Shown here: positions 27,681-39,194 of the stretch, piece by piece
Layout of the letters: the number at the start of each line of letters is the position of its first letter
Numbering within the stretch: position 1 is the stretch's first letter
Source of the DNA: Alphaproteobacteria bacterium
GTDB taxonomy: Bacteria; Pseudomonadota; Alphaproteobacteria; MPNO01; UBA830
Assembly (NCBI GenBank): GCA_965243135.1
Contig: OZ251539.1
Location: 1,280,001-1,344,000 of the forward strand
Direction of reading: 5' to 3'
DNA length: 64,000 bases
The notes under the pieces: generated by a model
Databases searched by the model: none
Told to the model about the DNA's origin: nothing
The model's input: only the letters and a program-made list of their open reading frames with translations
Program-made: the position numbers and the translations under genes

Positions 27681-30600
27681 ATGGCGTTTACCCCCCCCCC
27701 CCCCGGACGAGGAGCTTGCGCTCCAAGCGGCGGGCGACCTTCTGTCGGCGAGCTCCCGGGTGCCTGAAGACCGAAACCGCCAGAACCTCGGACGTCTATT
27801 CGACGCGCTGAGGATCGAAAATCTTCTCACCTATCCGACGGAGGCGGGTCCGGCCGACCTTTATTTGCCGCGACGGCGAACCGTCATAGAAACCAAGAGG
27901 AGCGGTCTCGCGGCCGATCCCGACAGGCGGCAGGCGGGCGAAGGGTCGGAGACGCCCCGCGAACAGCTGGAGCGGTATCTGCGCGCGGAGATCGAGCGAG
28001 AAGCTAGCATTCCCGACCTGTTCGACACCGAGGAGGAACGAAGGCGGCCGTGGGTCGGTGTTCTGACCGACGGGCGTAATTGGCATGCCTGGCGTTACAA
28101 GCATCAGCCGGGTGCGGTCGGAATACCCGTCTTCAAAGACTTCCGGCCGACCAACCAGCGCCAGCTTCTGGATCGCGTGAAGGGTCTCGTGGGCGACGAG
28201 CCGCTGGGGAAACCTTGGATTCCACTTGAGTCGACGAAGATATTCGCGCCGCACAAGGAGTCTCTCGACGCGCTCCTCGGCGCTCTTACCGGCGGCCAGC
28301 GACAGCGCACCGAAACGAAGTTCCAGCTCTGGCTCGACATGCTCAGGACATCTTGCATGGCGCCCGAGACGGAGCGCGACCAATGGCGCATGTTCGTGGC
28401 GCACTCGTTTCTCGTCACTATCGCACGGGGTGTCATACATACCGTCAGTGAACCTCGTCAACGACCGGATTCCGGGCGAATTCTCGGCGACGGTTTCGTT
28501 GCTTGGATTCTCGAAAGCGACCGCGGCCGGAACTGGGCGCAGAACGTGCTGGACCAAATCCATGGATACGAATGGCGGCTTCCGCGAGGAGACATTCTCC
28601 GCACCGTCTACCAGAACTTCATCGATCAAGCCGATCGCAAGATCTTCGGTGAATATTACACGCCGGACTGGTTGGCGGCTCTGCTCGTTGACGATATACT
28701 CGACGACGAATGGTGCGAGCACGCCGTTAAGCGGGCGCTGTCCGCTGAGAGAAGAGCGATGCCGATCCGGAACGTCGGGGTTCTCGATCCAACCTGCGGT
28801 TCGGGAACATTTCTGTATCACGCCGCTGAGAAGCTGCTGAAAGCGAAGGCGCTCCGAAACAGGCCGCCGACGAAGAAAGCGGAGATCGTCACCCGCTTGG
28901 TGCACGGGCTGGACATCCATCCGGTCGCTGTCGAGATCGCGCGGGCGACCTTGCTTCGCGCCTTGCCTAAGGCACCTCCTGAAGAGGGAGATGCCATCCA
29001 GATCCACCAAGGCGATGCGCTCATTACCAGCAGCCGGGAACATCTCCGTCAGGGAAGCCTGTTCAGTTCGGAGGGCGGCGAGTTCCGCATCGAAACGCCG
29101 AAGGGGCGCGAAATATTCCTGCCGAAGAGTTTCGCCGAGAGCAGGTCTTTCATACCCGATATGCGGCGAATCGTTGCGGCCGCGAGTGGCGGCGAACCCT
29201 TGCCGGTAGATGTTCTTGAAGGGCTTTCCGACAGCAAGGATCGGTGCGCGCTCCAGACGGCGCACGAAACGATCAGGAAAGTCATCGAAACGGAAGGCAA
29301 TTCGATTTGGGCGTGGTACATCGGCAACATCACCGCTCCGATCTTGCTCTCGGAACGCAAGGTCGACCGCATCGTCGCCAATCCGCCATGGGTCGTTCTG
29401 AGCGATGTCCAGGTCAAGGTGCGCAAGCGGGCGCTAGAGGAACTCGCCGGAAAACCCTTGGACAAGGACGGTCCGGTTCCAGGCTCGCTCGAACTGTGGA
29501 CTGGCGGCAGGCAGGCGACAGGTTTCGATATCGCGCAGTTGTTCGTGAAGCGCTGCCGCGAGAAATATCTTTCCGACCCGAAGCGCGATCCCGCCGCCTG
29601 GCTGGTGAACGCGGCAGCCATGCGGGCAGGTAACTGGGAAGCTTTTCGGGCCTGGCACGAAGCGCATCTCGAACAGGTTCTGGACTTCAGCGAGCTCAAG
29701 CAACCTCCTTTCAGCGGCGCCGCTTCCTGTGCGCTATTCGAGCACCGCACCTGTCGACAGCCTTGTGACCGGCATGTCATGGTGCGGACCTCTGGGGAAA
29801 AGATCACGTCGGAGACGGTCCCCAAGGAGGCAAAGCGGCTGCTCGAATTCAGGAAGGCGCGGAAGAGAACGCGCCGCGCGCCATCGGACTACATCGGCCG
29901 GTTCCGCCAAGGCGCCACGGTAGTGCCGCATGTCTTGGTCCTGCTGGACCGGGTCGAGGTCGATGGCGACGAGGCCGTGGTAACGACGAAAACACCGGGA
30001 AAGGGAAGCAAGAAGCCTTGGAATGAACTCCGGCCCCGCAACGGGCGGATACCGCGGGAATGGATAGGACAGGTGCTTTTTTCCGAAGATCTCTTCCCGT
30101 TTTGCATCCGAAGCGTGCAGGTGCAGGCAATCATTCCAATCAACGAAGGCGGAGCGCTTCACCACGATCCACGCAGCGCGACGGAGTTTTGGAGGCAGCT
30201 TGACGACGACTACCGGGAGTATCGCGGAAAAGGCCGTGCGACGCCGAAAACGCTGCTCGGCAACATCGACTACTTGGGAAAGCTGTCCCGACAACTTCCG
30301 TTGTCGGATTCGAAGAAAAAGTGCGTGGTTTTGTATCCGAAATCAGGGAAGATCATGCGGGCGGCGCGTGCTCCTCTAGCGACGACGCTGGTCAACGACA
30401 GCGTTTATCGTTGGAACGCGGGCAGCCGCGACGAAGCAGCATACTTGGTCGCGTTACTCAATGCGCCGACATTGCGGACCGCGTTTGCCGACGCACGCGG
30501 CTCGGACCGTGATTTCCATCTCTCGCCGTGGATGAACGTTCCCATTCCGCGGTTCGATCCGGAAAATGCCGGCCACACGCGGCTGGCGGAACTTACCAGG

Positions 30601-30759
30601 GCAGCCGAGGATCTCGCGAAGCCGTGGCGATACGACGAAAAAAACAGACAGATTACGATCTCGAGGCGCATCGGCGAAACCCTCAAGAAGAAAAAAATCC
30701 TTCAAGACATCGATGAAATTACGCGTAGACTGCTGCCCGATCAATGCGAGGGCCGGTAA
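27681..30759 (+). CDS. Type IIG/IIL-like fused restriction endonuclease-N6-adenine methyltransferase (frameshifted at poly-C, or starting at GTG 27760)
   Basis: ADLYL...VIETK (PD-(D/E)xK), GEYYTPDWLA, VLDPTCGSGTFL, GLDIHP.AV, IVANPPW, C-terminal TRD-like region. Confidence 0.85.
27691..27704 (+). repeat. Poly-C (C14) tract just after the probable start codon of the R-M gene
   Basis: ATG GCG TTT A-C14-GG ACG. C13 would place ATG 27681 in frame with the 999-aa ORF. Confidence 0.85.
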
Positions 30760-30862
30760 ACGGCGGTCGCGATGGCGTGCGGGTTTCACTCGCAAGACTC
30801 GAAGATTCGGAAATTTCGGGGTGGCGGCCGTTAGGAAAAAAGGAAACGGGAAATGGCTATCT

Positions 30863-31413
30863 TCAAGGCCGATTGTCCGAATTTCCGCACGACCAGTTGT
30901 GCGGCTGCCCGGCCTTGATCGTAAGGAAACCGGGGACGTGGGGGTGCACTGCGACCGCGTTCTCCGCCGCCCGGGCATGCCGGTCGGACACCGTCTTCCG
31001 ACCAAGAAGCTCTTGGCGGTTGGCTCCGAACACCTTCTCCAATTTGACGGCCATGTTGGGAGAGAGCGACGAGTGGCCGTTCAACATGTTCGACAGGGCG
31101 GGCCTGCCTACACCGAATTTCCTAGCGGCTTCCGTCACCGACATGCTGGACGCGTTTCCGAACGAACGTGCTAAGGTGTGCGGGGTGTTGCGACAAGAAA
31201 CAGTCCTCCAAGTGCGAAATATATTGTAGCGTGTAGCGCAACGAAAGTCAACGAAAAGATCTCAAGCGTCAGGACTTGAGTTTTGGTTTTCTATGTAGGG
31301 CTTTTCCGCGTGTTGATACTCGTGACCTGCCGCACCGAGCTCGCAAGCGAAACGTTTCGTTGGCGAAAGGATCAATGCGTTTCCGTGGACAGGCGCGACG
31401 CCGCTGTCGTGCG
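30863..31413 (-). pseudogene. Truncated duplicate of the HigA-fusion 5' end (HTH only), with retained promoter at 31223-31251
   Basis: MSVTEAARKFGVGRPALSNMLNG..., stops after WSCGNS. Original start lost (cat to caa on the + strand). TTGACT-17-TACAAT retained. Confidence 0.8.
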
Positions 31414-31755
31414 CCGCCAGCACCGCGCAGAGGCTGCGAACCCCACCGCGTCAAGCCAGCTATGGGATGAACCCACGAGATAACGGCAACCAGCCAGCAC
31501 CGCCTTGGCGAGCGGGCGCATCGTGACCATCAACTCGTTCCGCGCTCTGTTCAGGGCTCTGCACCGGAACCAACTGCAACCCCGGCGACCGCGCCGCCTA
31601 GTGGGTCAGACATATTTAGTACAAGGACCGGTCATATCGTCTGTTAATGACACCTGCCGCCCCGGCACCTTGACTTACCGGCTGCCCATCCCATACTGCC
31701 TCGCGACAGGAATTGTCGACCGTCTGTGTCGCACTTCGAAGTTGATGGGGGAAAC

Positions 31756-32691
31756 ATGGAACAATATTTCCTTGAGATGCGCCAAACAATGCTGGCTCAT
31801 ACCGTGGTTATAGGACGGATTCTGACGGAATCCAATATAAACTTCAAGAATAAACTTGAGTGGTTAACCGGTTCCGGAACGCTTGTACGCAAAGAAGGGC
31901 AGGCTGGGATATTGACCGCGGGCCATGTGATTCGGGATTTGAGGGAAGGAGATCTCGTAAAAATGACAATTTTACAAAGTTCTAATAGAGACCTGATGAA
32001 ATCGGATGGTAAAGTTATCCCCACAGAAGTGAATGGATGGATAATCAGAGGCGAAGGAATGGACAAAGGAAAGGAGGATCCGATAGAGAAGCAGCTGTGG
32101 GATCCCGATATTGTCTGGATTGCAATCACGGAGAAAAATGTCAAGTCGATTGAGGGATATACACAAGGGATATTTTACAATTGGGATAAGCGGCAGGAAA
32201 CACTAGATCAATTAATCGGATCGGAAGAGGGCAAATATGACGGGATGTGGGTGTGTGGAAGAATACACGAAATAAGCCAGAAACTACTTGAAATGGGTCG
32301 AGGTTATCGAATATATGTGCATGCACGTCAAGTCTTTGGGAATGGGAAGGTGCAAGACCCTACAGATGAATGGGACCGTTATGACTATAATGTTGATCTG
32401 CAGGAATCTGAGGATATGTATAGTATATACATTGGAAATATGATGGAAGATGAAGACGAATCGGTCAGTAAACTACTGATTGATGACCCTCATGAATGGG
32501 GCGGTATGAGTGGCGGTGGAATTTGGTTAGCTCATATGAACGGGAGGGATTTTCGAGAGAAAGCTCTACCAGATATCACTCTGGTAGGAGTAGTATATGC
32601 ACAGCACGGCATCGATCAACAAGGGCAATGGAGAGTGTTGCGTGGACACGGAATCAGAAGTCTGAAGCGAATATTAGACAGTGCAGGTTAA
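31756..32691 (+). CDS. Trypsin-like serine protease, low GC
   Basis: GSGTLV...ILTAGHV (His), DPDIVWI (Asp), GGMSGGGIW (Ser), LVGV. Markedly AT-richer than its flanks. Confidence 0.75.
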   Translation: MEQYFLEMRQTMLAHTVVIGRILTESNINFKNKLEWLTGSGTLVRKEGQAGILTAGHVIRDLREGDLVKMTILQSSNRDLMKSDGKVIPTEVNGWIIRGEGMDKGKEDPIEKQLWDPDIVWIAITEKNVKSIEGYTQGIFYNWDKRQETLDQLIGSEEGKYDGMWVCGRIHEISQKLLEMGRGYRIYVHARQVFGNGKVQDPTDEWDRYDYNVDLQESEDMYSIYIGNMMEDEDESVSKLLIDDPHEWGGMSGGGIWLAHMNGRDFREKALPDITLVGVVYAQHGIDQQGQWRVLRGHGIRSLKRILDSAG

Positions 32692-32799
32692 TTGACAGTC
32701 TTGACGTCGAATTTGGCGACGTGATCTGTGTTCGAATAGAACCGCACTCTTCGCTAAATGTCTGATTTTGCAATTACCTCAGACATCGGGCGACATTGA

Positions 32800-33695
32800 A
32801 CTGTTCGTTAGGGTTTTTGCGATCACTGATCCGCTTCGTTCCGTAGCAGCCTCGATGTCTTTATTAGCGACATGCGCGTAGCGCAAGCTCATCAGCACGT
32901 TCCGGCGGCCGAGTAGCCGCACGACGACCGGCAGCGGAATGCCCTGCAAGACCCCGCATGGCCGGCGGTGGTATGACGCAGATCGTGGAGGCGTACATCT
33001 TCCAGCCTTCCTCGGATACCCGTGCTAAACTGCGAGATTCCCCGATCGGGGCCCTGCTGGATTCAAGGGCGGCGAAAAAACATACGGGCCGCCTGTCCGA
33101 GGCTGGCGTCCTGATGCCGCGGGCCCCCTTCGCTCAAGAAGATTTTTCGGGGTCCGGTTTTTTGCTGTTCGCAAGATACAAGGTTTGACCGTCTACTTCA
33201 TGCCATTGCAAATTGACGATTTCGCTTTTTGGGTATCTTGTCGCGAGCAGAAGACGGATGATGTCCGCTTGCTGTTTGCGCGATGCTGTCTCGTGCCCGC
33301 AGCCGTTCAGTTCCGTATGGAGACAGCGGAGTTCCTCTCGCGACAGGAAGCGAGTGAGCCATGGACGCCTGTTCCGCTTGATGCCCTGCGCCGGATTCCT
33401 TGTGACCGCACATGATCGCGTGGTTCATCATCTGCAGAAATATGTCCGGCGTTCTGTTAGCTCCGTCGGGTGCCGTCCGGCTGTACCGGTCGAACCACCC
33501 GTCGACTTCCGCCGCGGCGACCCGGTCGAGCGGCATGGAACCGAAGGTCGGCAGCAACCGATCGTTCAGGACGAAGTTCACCATCCGTTGCGGCGGCGGC
33601 TTGTAACGCTTGCAGCAGGCGGCTTCCCGCTGATTCACGAAGAAATCCCCGAACGACGGCGCCGTTTTCGCGGGCGCGACAGCCTCGAAGATCAC
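32800..33695 (-). pseudogene. Degenerate tyrosine recombinase/phage integrase
   Basis: Fragments APSFGDF, LLPTFGSMPLDRV...WFDRYSRTAP.GANR, and C-terminal LQGIPLPVVVRLLG.....SLRYAH; multiple frameshifts. Confidence 0.75.
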
Positions 33696-33761
33696 AATGA
33701 GGCGTCTCTGGGCGTTCCGCGGGGAGCGGAAGCAGCAATACTCGGGTACTGACCAGGGGGT

Positions 33762-34694
33762 TCAGTAGCCGCGGTCGAGGTCGACCTGACCGACCAAGGG
33801 CTGGCCCGCCAAAGCCCTCCTGACGTTCTCCGCGATAACGGCGGCGCCAGATTCCGGCAGTGACCACGCCGCTGAGTGCGGATACAAGGTAATGCGGGGA
33901 TGCGCCCAAAAAGGGTGATCAGGGGGCAGGGGTTCCTCGCGGAATACGTCGAGGGTGGTATAGGACAACTGCTCCGAGTCGAGCGCATGGAGCAGATCCT
34001 GATCGACCAGATGGGCGCCGCGGGCGGCGTTGATCAGCACGGCGCCCGCGGGCAGCGCGCCGAGCGTCGTCGCGTCCAGGATATCTTCGGTTTCGGGGGT
34101 GAGTGGAAGAAGGCAGATCAGAATTTCGCTTCGTTCGAGCATCCGGAACAATCCGTCTTCTCCGGCGAGCGATTCCACGCCCTTGATCGATTTCCGGGAC
34201 CGCGACCAGCCGGCGACGGAGAATCCCAGGTCGCGGAGCGCTTCGGCGCAGGCGCGGCCCAGATACCCCAAACCGAGGATCCCGATCCGGCGTCGACCGG
34301 GTAGCGTCTGCGGCAGCAACCGCCATTCGCGGGCCGCCTGCTGAGCGCGATACTCCGGTTCCCGGCGATGATACCGGAGAACTTCCATGGTCACGAATTC
34401 GATCATGCCCGCCCGCAGGCCGGGATCGACCAAGCGGGCCAGCGGAACCCCCGCCGGCAGATTGCCGTCGCGAAGCACATGCTCGACGCCGGCGCCGAGC
34501 GACAGGATCGCCTTGAGGCGGGGAAGGGTCGCCAGGAGACCCGGCGGCGGCTGCCATGCCAGTGCGATGTCGATTTCGTCGACGTTTCCCGCCGCGTCCG
34601 GCCAGATCCGGAAGTCGAGGTCGGGAAGTTCGGCTTGCAGCGCCGCCTTCCAGGCCGCAGGATCTTCGCCATCGCAGAGAAACAGGAACGCCAT
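33762..34694 (-). CDS. ghrA: Glyoxylate/hydroxypyruvate reductase A (D-2-hydroxyacid dehydrogenase)
   Basis: SLGAGVEH, PLARLVD, GILGLGYLG, LLPLTPET, INAARG, LDVF..EPLP..HPFW.HPRI...PH. Confidence 0.9.
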   Translation of the reverse strand: MAFLFLCDGEDPAAWKAALQAELPDLDFRIWPDAAGNVDEIDIALAWQPPPGLLATLPRLKAILSLGAGVEHVLRDGNLPAGVPLARLVDPGLRAGMIEFVTMEVLRYHRREPEYRAQQAAREWRLLPQTLPGRRRIGILGLGYLGRACAEALRDLGFSVAGWSRSRKSIKGVESLAGEDGLFRMLERSEILICLLPLTPETEDILDATTLGALPAGAVLINAARGAHLVDQDLLHALDSEQLSYTTLDVFREEPLPPDHPFWAHPRITLYPHSAAWSLPESGAAVIAENVRRALAGQPLVGQVDLDRGY

Positions 34695-35253
34695 CGCATG
34701 TCCGCTTTGATGAAACGCTGCCGGCCGATCCTACACGATTCGCCTGCGCCGGGTTGAAACCGGGGAGCGGTCGAAATGGCGTTTTGCGCGTCGCGCGCGT
34801 TTCGTCGGCCGCAGGCGTAGAACGCGGGGAGCGCATTGCCGCGGTCAAGCGCCTGTTTTGCAGTCTCGCGGATCAACGCGCGAGGCGGCTTTTCCCGAAA
34901 CATGACCGGATCACGTTCGCGCGTGAGCGCCGCCTCCGACAATCGTATTTCGTTCCATGATGGCGGTTTCCGGGCGTCGCAGCGCCATGGCGGGCGCCGG
35001 AAGGGCAGGGGCAGGCCAACGCTGCGCAAGGACAAGCGAGGCCCGCTTTGGCGCATCACTATCGGTTCGTCGACGAATGCAGATAATGTTCGCTCAATCC
35101 GCCATCCGGCCCTTTTCGCAAGTGCCGGTGAGACTATATCAACTTCCAGCCGTTCCCGGCGGCTGCCGGATTTCGGGGCAGTTCGGGAGAGATGCCCCAA
35201 AGCCGTCTTCGACCAAGGTTCGCCGGGAACGCATGTAGAAGGAGGCCGTCTCG

Positions 35254-36372
35254 ATGCTCATTGGAGTGCCGAAAGAAATCAAGGATCACGAATACCGCGT
35301 GGGGCTCACGCCGGACAGCGTGAACGAAGCGGTTCTGCACGGCCACGACGTGATCGTGGAGCAGGGCGCGGGCGCGGGAATCGGCGCCGACGACGCCGAT
35401 TACGTAGCAGTGGGAGCGACGGTCGCAGCCGGTTCCGAGGAAGTCTTCGAACGGGCGGAGATGATCGTCAAGGTAAAGGAGCCGCAGGCCGGCGAGCGGG
35501 CGATGCTGCGCGAAGGGCAGATCCTGTTCACGTATCTCCATCTCGCTCCCGACCCGGAGCAGACCGCGGACCTGGTCGAGAGCAAGGCGGTGTGCATCGC
35601 TTACGAGACGGTAACCTCCCCTTCGGGCGGGCTTCCTCTGCTCGCGCCGATGTCGGAAGTCGCCGGCCGGCTCTCGATCCAGGCCGCGGCTCACGCGCTC
35701 GAAAAGGTCAATGGCGGAAAAGGAATGCTGTTGGGCGGGGTGCCCGGGGTGCTGCCCGCCAAGGTCGTCGTCATCGGCGGCGGCGTGGTCGGCACACATG
35801 CCGCGCACATCGCGATGGGAATGGGCGCGGATACATGGGTGATCGACCGTTCGGCCGAGGCGCTCAAGGCATTGTGGCGCCAGTTCGGACGCCCGTTGGA
35901 CACCGTCTACTCCACCCGTACCGCGATCGATCGTCACGTCACCGGCGCGGACGTGGTGATCGGCGGGGTGCTCATTCCGGGCGCGGCCGCTCCCAAGCTT
36001 GTCACCGCGGACATGGTTCGCCGCATGAAACCGGGATCGGTCGTGGTCGATGTCGCCATCGATCAGGGAGGCTGCGTCGAGACCTCGCGCCCCACGACCC
36101 ACAGCGATCCGACTTTTATCGTCGACGGCGTGGTCCACTACTGCGTCGCGAACATACCGGGCGCGGTGCCGCGAACCTCGACGTTCGCGCTCAACAACGC
36201 GACCCTGCCGCATGTCCTCGCCCTCGCGAACAAGGGTTACCGTCAGGCTCTCGTCGACGACCCGCATCTGCGCAACGGCCTGAACGTGCATGCCGGCCAC
36301 GTCACCTGCAAGGAGGTTGCCGCGGCGCTCGGCTACGACTACCGGGATCCTGCGGAGGCGGTCGCCGTCTGA
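35254..36372 (+). CDS. ald: Alanine dehydrogenase
   Basis: [73 protein letters not shown]. Confidence 0.97.
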   Translation: MLIGVPKEIKDHEYRVGLTPDSVNEAVLHGHDVIVEQGAGAGIGADDADYVAVGATVAAGSEEVFERAEMIVKVKEPQAGERAMLREGQILFTYLHLAPDPEQTADLVESKAVCIAYETVTSPSGGLPLLAPMSEVAGRLSIQAAAHALEKVNGGKGMLLGGVPGVLPAKVVVIGGGVVGTHAAHIAMGMGADTWVIDRSAEALKALWRQFGRPLDTVYSTRTAIDRHVTGADVVIGGVLIPGAAAPKLVTADMVRRMKPGSVVVDVAIDQGGCVETSRPTTHSDPTFIVDGVVHYCVANIPGAVPRTSTFALNNATLPHVLALANKGYRQALVDDPHLRNGLNVHAGHVTCKEVAAALGYDYRDPAEAVAV

Positions 36373-36497
36373 GGGGCCACCCTCCCTGCAGCGGCGGTCG
36401 GCAGCGCGCCCGGCAGCGCGTCGGATTCGTTATCGGGCGGCCGCCTCCGTCGTTGTTTCCCGGTGCGCAGCCGTCGTCGGGACCGCGCAACCGGGAT

Positions 36498-39194
36498 TCA
36501 GAACGAGAGTCGATAGCCTGCAAGCAAGGTCAATTCCGGAGTGCGGCCGACCGTGTGGTCGGGCTGGAACGATACCGTCGCCCCGAAACGCGGCGTGCCG
36601 CCTATCGCGTCTGCAGGCCGGCGCCAGTCCGCGCCGATGTCTATCTGGCGTCCGGACGGAGTTAGCGGCGCGTTCACGACGCTGCGCACCACCTCGCCCC
36701 GCTTGGTGCGGCCGGTAGGAACGGCAAGCTGCATCCGGCCTCGCTCCACCCGCAAAGGCTGGGACAGCGAAAAACGAAGCCGGTCGCCGCCTTCGAAAGC
36801 GCGCTCCGCGGAAAGGGAAAACGCGGAAGTGGCGACAGTGGACACCTCCTTGACCATGCCGCCCGACGCATCGGAACCGGTCACGCCCAGTTCCGCTTCG
36901 GCGCGTATTCCCCAGTCGCCGACAGCCGTGTCGAAACCGGTTCCGGCGAAGGCGACGCCCGAGGAGAGCTTTCCGAACGCGCCGCTCGCGTTCGTGCCCA
37001 GCGAGCTTCGGAATTCGCGCAACGCGCCGAATTGCAGGCCGAGGGCGGAGCTCGGCGGCTGCCATGCAAGCACCACGCCCGCTTCGGGAACCCTTACCTC
37101 ACCCCCCAATCGGTTGTTCAACGCCGGAGCGGCGGCGAGCGCCGACGCCCGGAGTTCTCCTTCGCCGAGGGCCAGCGAAAGGCCGCCGTAATCCACCGGG
37201 ACCAGAGAGGCGTGTCCGCCGGACCACCATTCGCCTGCCGTCCGGTTTATTCCAAGCTGCATGCGCGTGGACGCGAAGGGCGTTTCGACGATCCCGTCGA
37301 GGGAGGCGCCCGCGCGAAGGCTGTCGCGCCGTTCCGATCGCATGAACCGGGTCAACCGGTCTTCAAGGGCCGGCCTGGCGGCGGTATGCGTGAATCCGTC
37401 CAGCCCCAACCAGAACGGAGCGTTCAACTCGTCGAAGACCGCCACCTCCCGGCCCCTGAACGCCGCGGCGAGGGCGTTGCCCGCAGGGCCACCGCTGCGC
37501 AGCATGCTCGACGCCGCGGCCACCCGTTTTCCGGACAGTGCGTTTCCAAGCGCGATGGTCATCCCTCCGACGGGCTCCGTAGCGGCGTCGAGGTCCATCA
37601 ATCCCCATCCGTGCGTGGACGACAGCTCGCATGTGGAGCGGTCTCTGTCGGTATCGAGGTGTTCGGGACATTGCTCTCCCTCCGCTACCGAGTCGGGCCG
37701 GGTGGCATCGCTGTCCCGGTCAGCGGTGCGGTAGAGGCGGGTCAGGATTTCGGTGTTGCCCATTTGGCCGCGGAAGTAGTGCTTCAGGACAGCGAGGCCG
37801 CCCGCCACGAGGGGTGCCGCGAAAGACGTGCCCCGCATGCCGCGGATATAGCCCCTTACTGGTCTGGAATCCGTAGGTGAGGCCGGGCCGAAATAGGCTA
37901 CCAACATGTCTTCGCCTGGAGCGGCGATGCACCATTTGGCGGCGATGCCGCACCGGTTCGAGAACCCGGCGAGCGTACCGTCGCGCCGTGTCGCCACCAC
38001 CGAGACCGAATGTTTTCGCAGCCCTTCGATGTGTACGGGAAGAGCGTTGAGGACCGCCGGGGAGGTGGCATCGATCGTCCCCTCGCGGGACAAATCGTCC
38101 CCGATGCCCGTTACAACGATATTGACGCAATTGTCCGTCCCATCAGTACACTTCTGCCCATGGTCGTTGCCGGCCGCCCAGACAAGCAAGGTCTTGTCCG
38201 CGTCATCCTTGCTGGATTGCGCCGCCGCCGTGATGGTTTCGTCGAGGGCCCTTTCGAGGACCATCCTGTCGTAATTTTCAATCAGGCCCTGAGCAGCGAA
38301 ACTCATGTTCAGGATGTCCACGCCCTGGTCGGGATCCAGCGCGGCGCGAAGCCGAGGGCCCAATGCGCCGGTATCGTAATTAGCCAGATTACTGATCGAA
38401 ATCGGTTCGTAGGGCCTGTCAGAACCCGATCCCAACGGGATGGCATACATCTTCAAGTTGGCGCCCCAGGCGATGCCGTGAAAATCCCATTGTTCGAACC
38501 CATGCCCAGATGGCACCCCTCGGTCCCGCTGGGCGGCGATCAGGCTCGCCACTGCCGTACCGTGACTGAAGCTGCTGCCGTCTTCGTCTTCCGCTCCGAG
38601 CATCGTCTCAGTAACTCGGAGCTGATCGAATTCCCAATGATTTTGATCAATGCCTGTGTCGATAAGCCCCACCGTTACCCCGGTTCCAGGTGCCCCAAGT
38701 GCCACAGCAGCGACCTCTCTTTGCCTTTGCGCGAGTTTGGCGTAGGCATTCGCTGCATGGGATGCGCCCAGACCCCAATTTCGGGAAATCGATCCAAATT
38801 GGGTACGATATTCTTGGTGCTTCCTGTAGTCGTCGGCTGTGGGCGGCGGGTTTGTGGGCGGCGGGTTTGTGGGCGGTGGTGGCGGTGATGCTGCGGGCGG
38901 CGGTAGATCGATCAAAGAGATCGCTAGGTCGGGTGTAAGGGCGGGAGCTAGAGGATCTGTCGGCCGCTCTTCCTCTTCCTGCCGCTCTTCCTCTTCCTGC
39001 CGCTCTTCCTCTTCCTGCCGCTCTTCCTCTTCCTGCCGCTCTTCCTCTTCCTGCCGCTCTTCGCTTGTCGGCGCGACGCCGCCGCCGCCACCCCCTCCGC
39101 ATGCGGCCAACAGCGGTCCGCCAACGATGCAGAGCGCTAGCAGCCACGCTGCAATCCGGCCGTTCGAGCGCTTCGTCACTTGGGCGAGTGTCAT
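36498..39194 (-). CDS. S8 (subtilisin-like) peptidase with lipoprotein signal and C-terminal beta-barrel-like domain
   Basis: LAAC-GGGGGG lipobox. DTG, HGT.VA, AAGN, IAAPG, GTSFAAP triad motifs. Beta-rich C-terminus ending YRLSF. Confidence 0.88.
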   Translation of the reverse strand: MTLAQVTKRSNGRIAAWLLALCIVGGPLLAACGGGGGGGVAPTSEERQEEEERQEEEERQEEEERQEEEERQEEEERPTDPLAPALTPDLAISLIDLPPPAASPPPPPTNPPPTNPPPTADDYRKHQEYRTQFGSISRNWGLGASHAANAYAKLAQRQREVAAVALGAPGTGVTVGLIDTGIDQNHWEFDQLRVTETMLGAEDEDGSSFSHGTAVASLIAAQRDRGVPSGHGFEQWDFHGIAWGANLKMYAIPLGSGSDRPYEPISISNLANYDTGALGPRLRAALDPDQGVDILNMSFAAQGLIENYDRMVLERALDETITAAAQSSKDDADKTLLVWAAGNDHGQKCTDGTDNCVNIVVTGIGDDLSREGTIDATSPAVLNALPVHIEGLRKHSVSVVATRRDGTLAGFSNRCGIAAKWCIAAPGEDMLVAYFGPASPTDSRPVRGYIRGMRGTSFAAPLVAGGLAVLKHYFRGQMGNTEILTRLYRTADRDSDATRPDSVAEGEQCPEHLDTDRDRSTCELSSTHGWGLMDLDAATEPVGGMTIALGNALSGKRVAAASSMLRSGGPAGNALAAAFRGREVAVFDELNAPFWLGLDGFTHTAARPALEDRLTRFMRSERRDSLRAGASLDGIVETPFASTRMQLGINRTAGEWWSGGHASLVPVDYGGLSLALGEGELRASALAAAPALNNRLGGEVRVPEAGVVLAWQPPSSALGLQFGALREFRSSLGTNASGAFGKLSSGVAFAGTGFDTAVGDWGIRAEAELGVTGSDASGGMVKEVSTVATSAFSLSAERAFEGGDRLRFSLSQPLRVERGRMQLAVPTGRTKRGEVVRSVVNAPLTPSGRQIDIGADWRRPADAIGGTPRFGATVSFQPDHTVGRTPELTLLAGYRLSF
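38963..39062 (-). repeat. 18-bp coding tandem repeat (EEEERQ x~5) in the S8 peptidase
   Basis: (gccgctcttcctcttcct) x5.5; a nearby 15-bp PPTNP repeat lies at about 38838-38880. Confidence 0.95.

Noticed and set aside
32690-33760. Prophage or tRNA attachment site next to the integrase relic
   Set aside because: No tRNA, att repeat or phage structural genes were identifiable.
38838-39062. Short tandem repeats as a possible CRISPR array
   Set aside because: The repeats are contiguous and in-frame with no spacers. No cas genes or repeat-spacer arrays were seen anywhere in the window.
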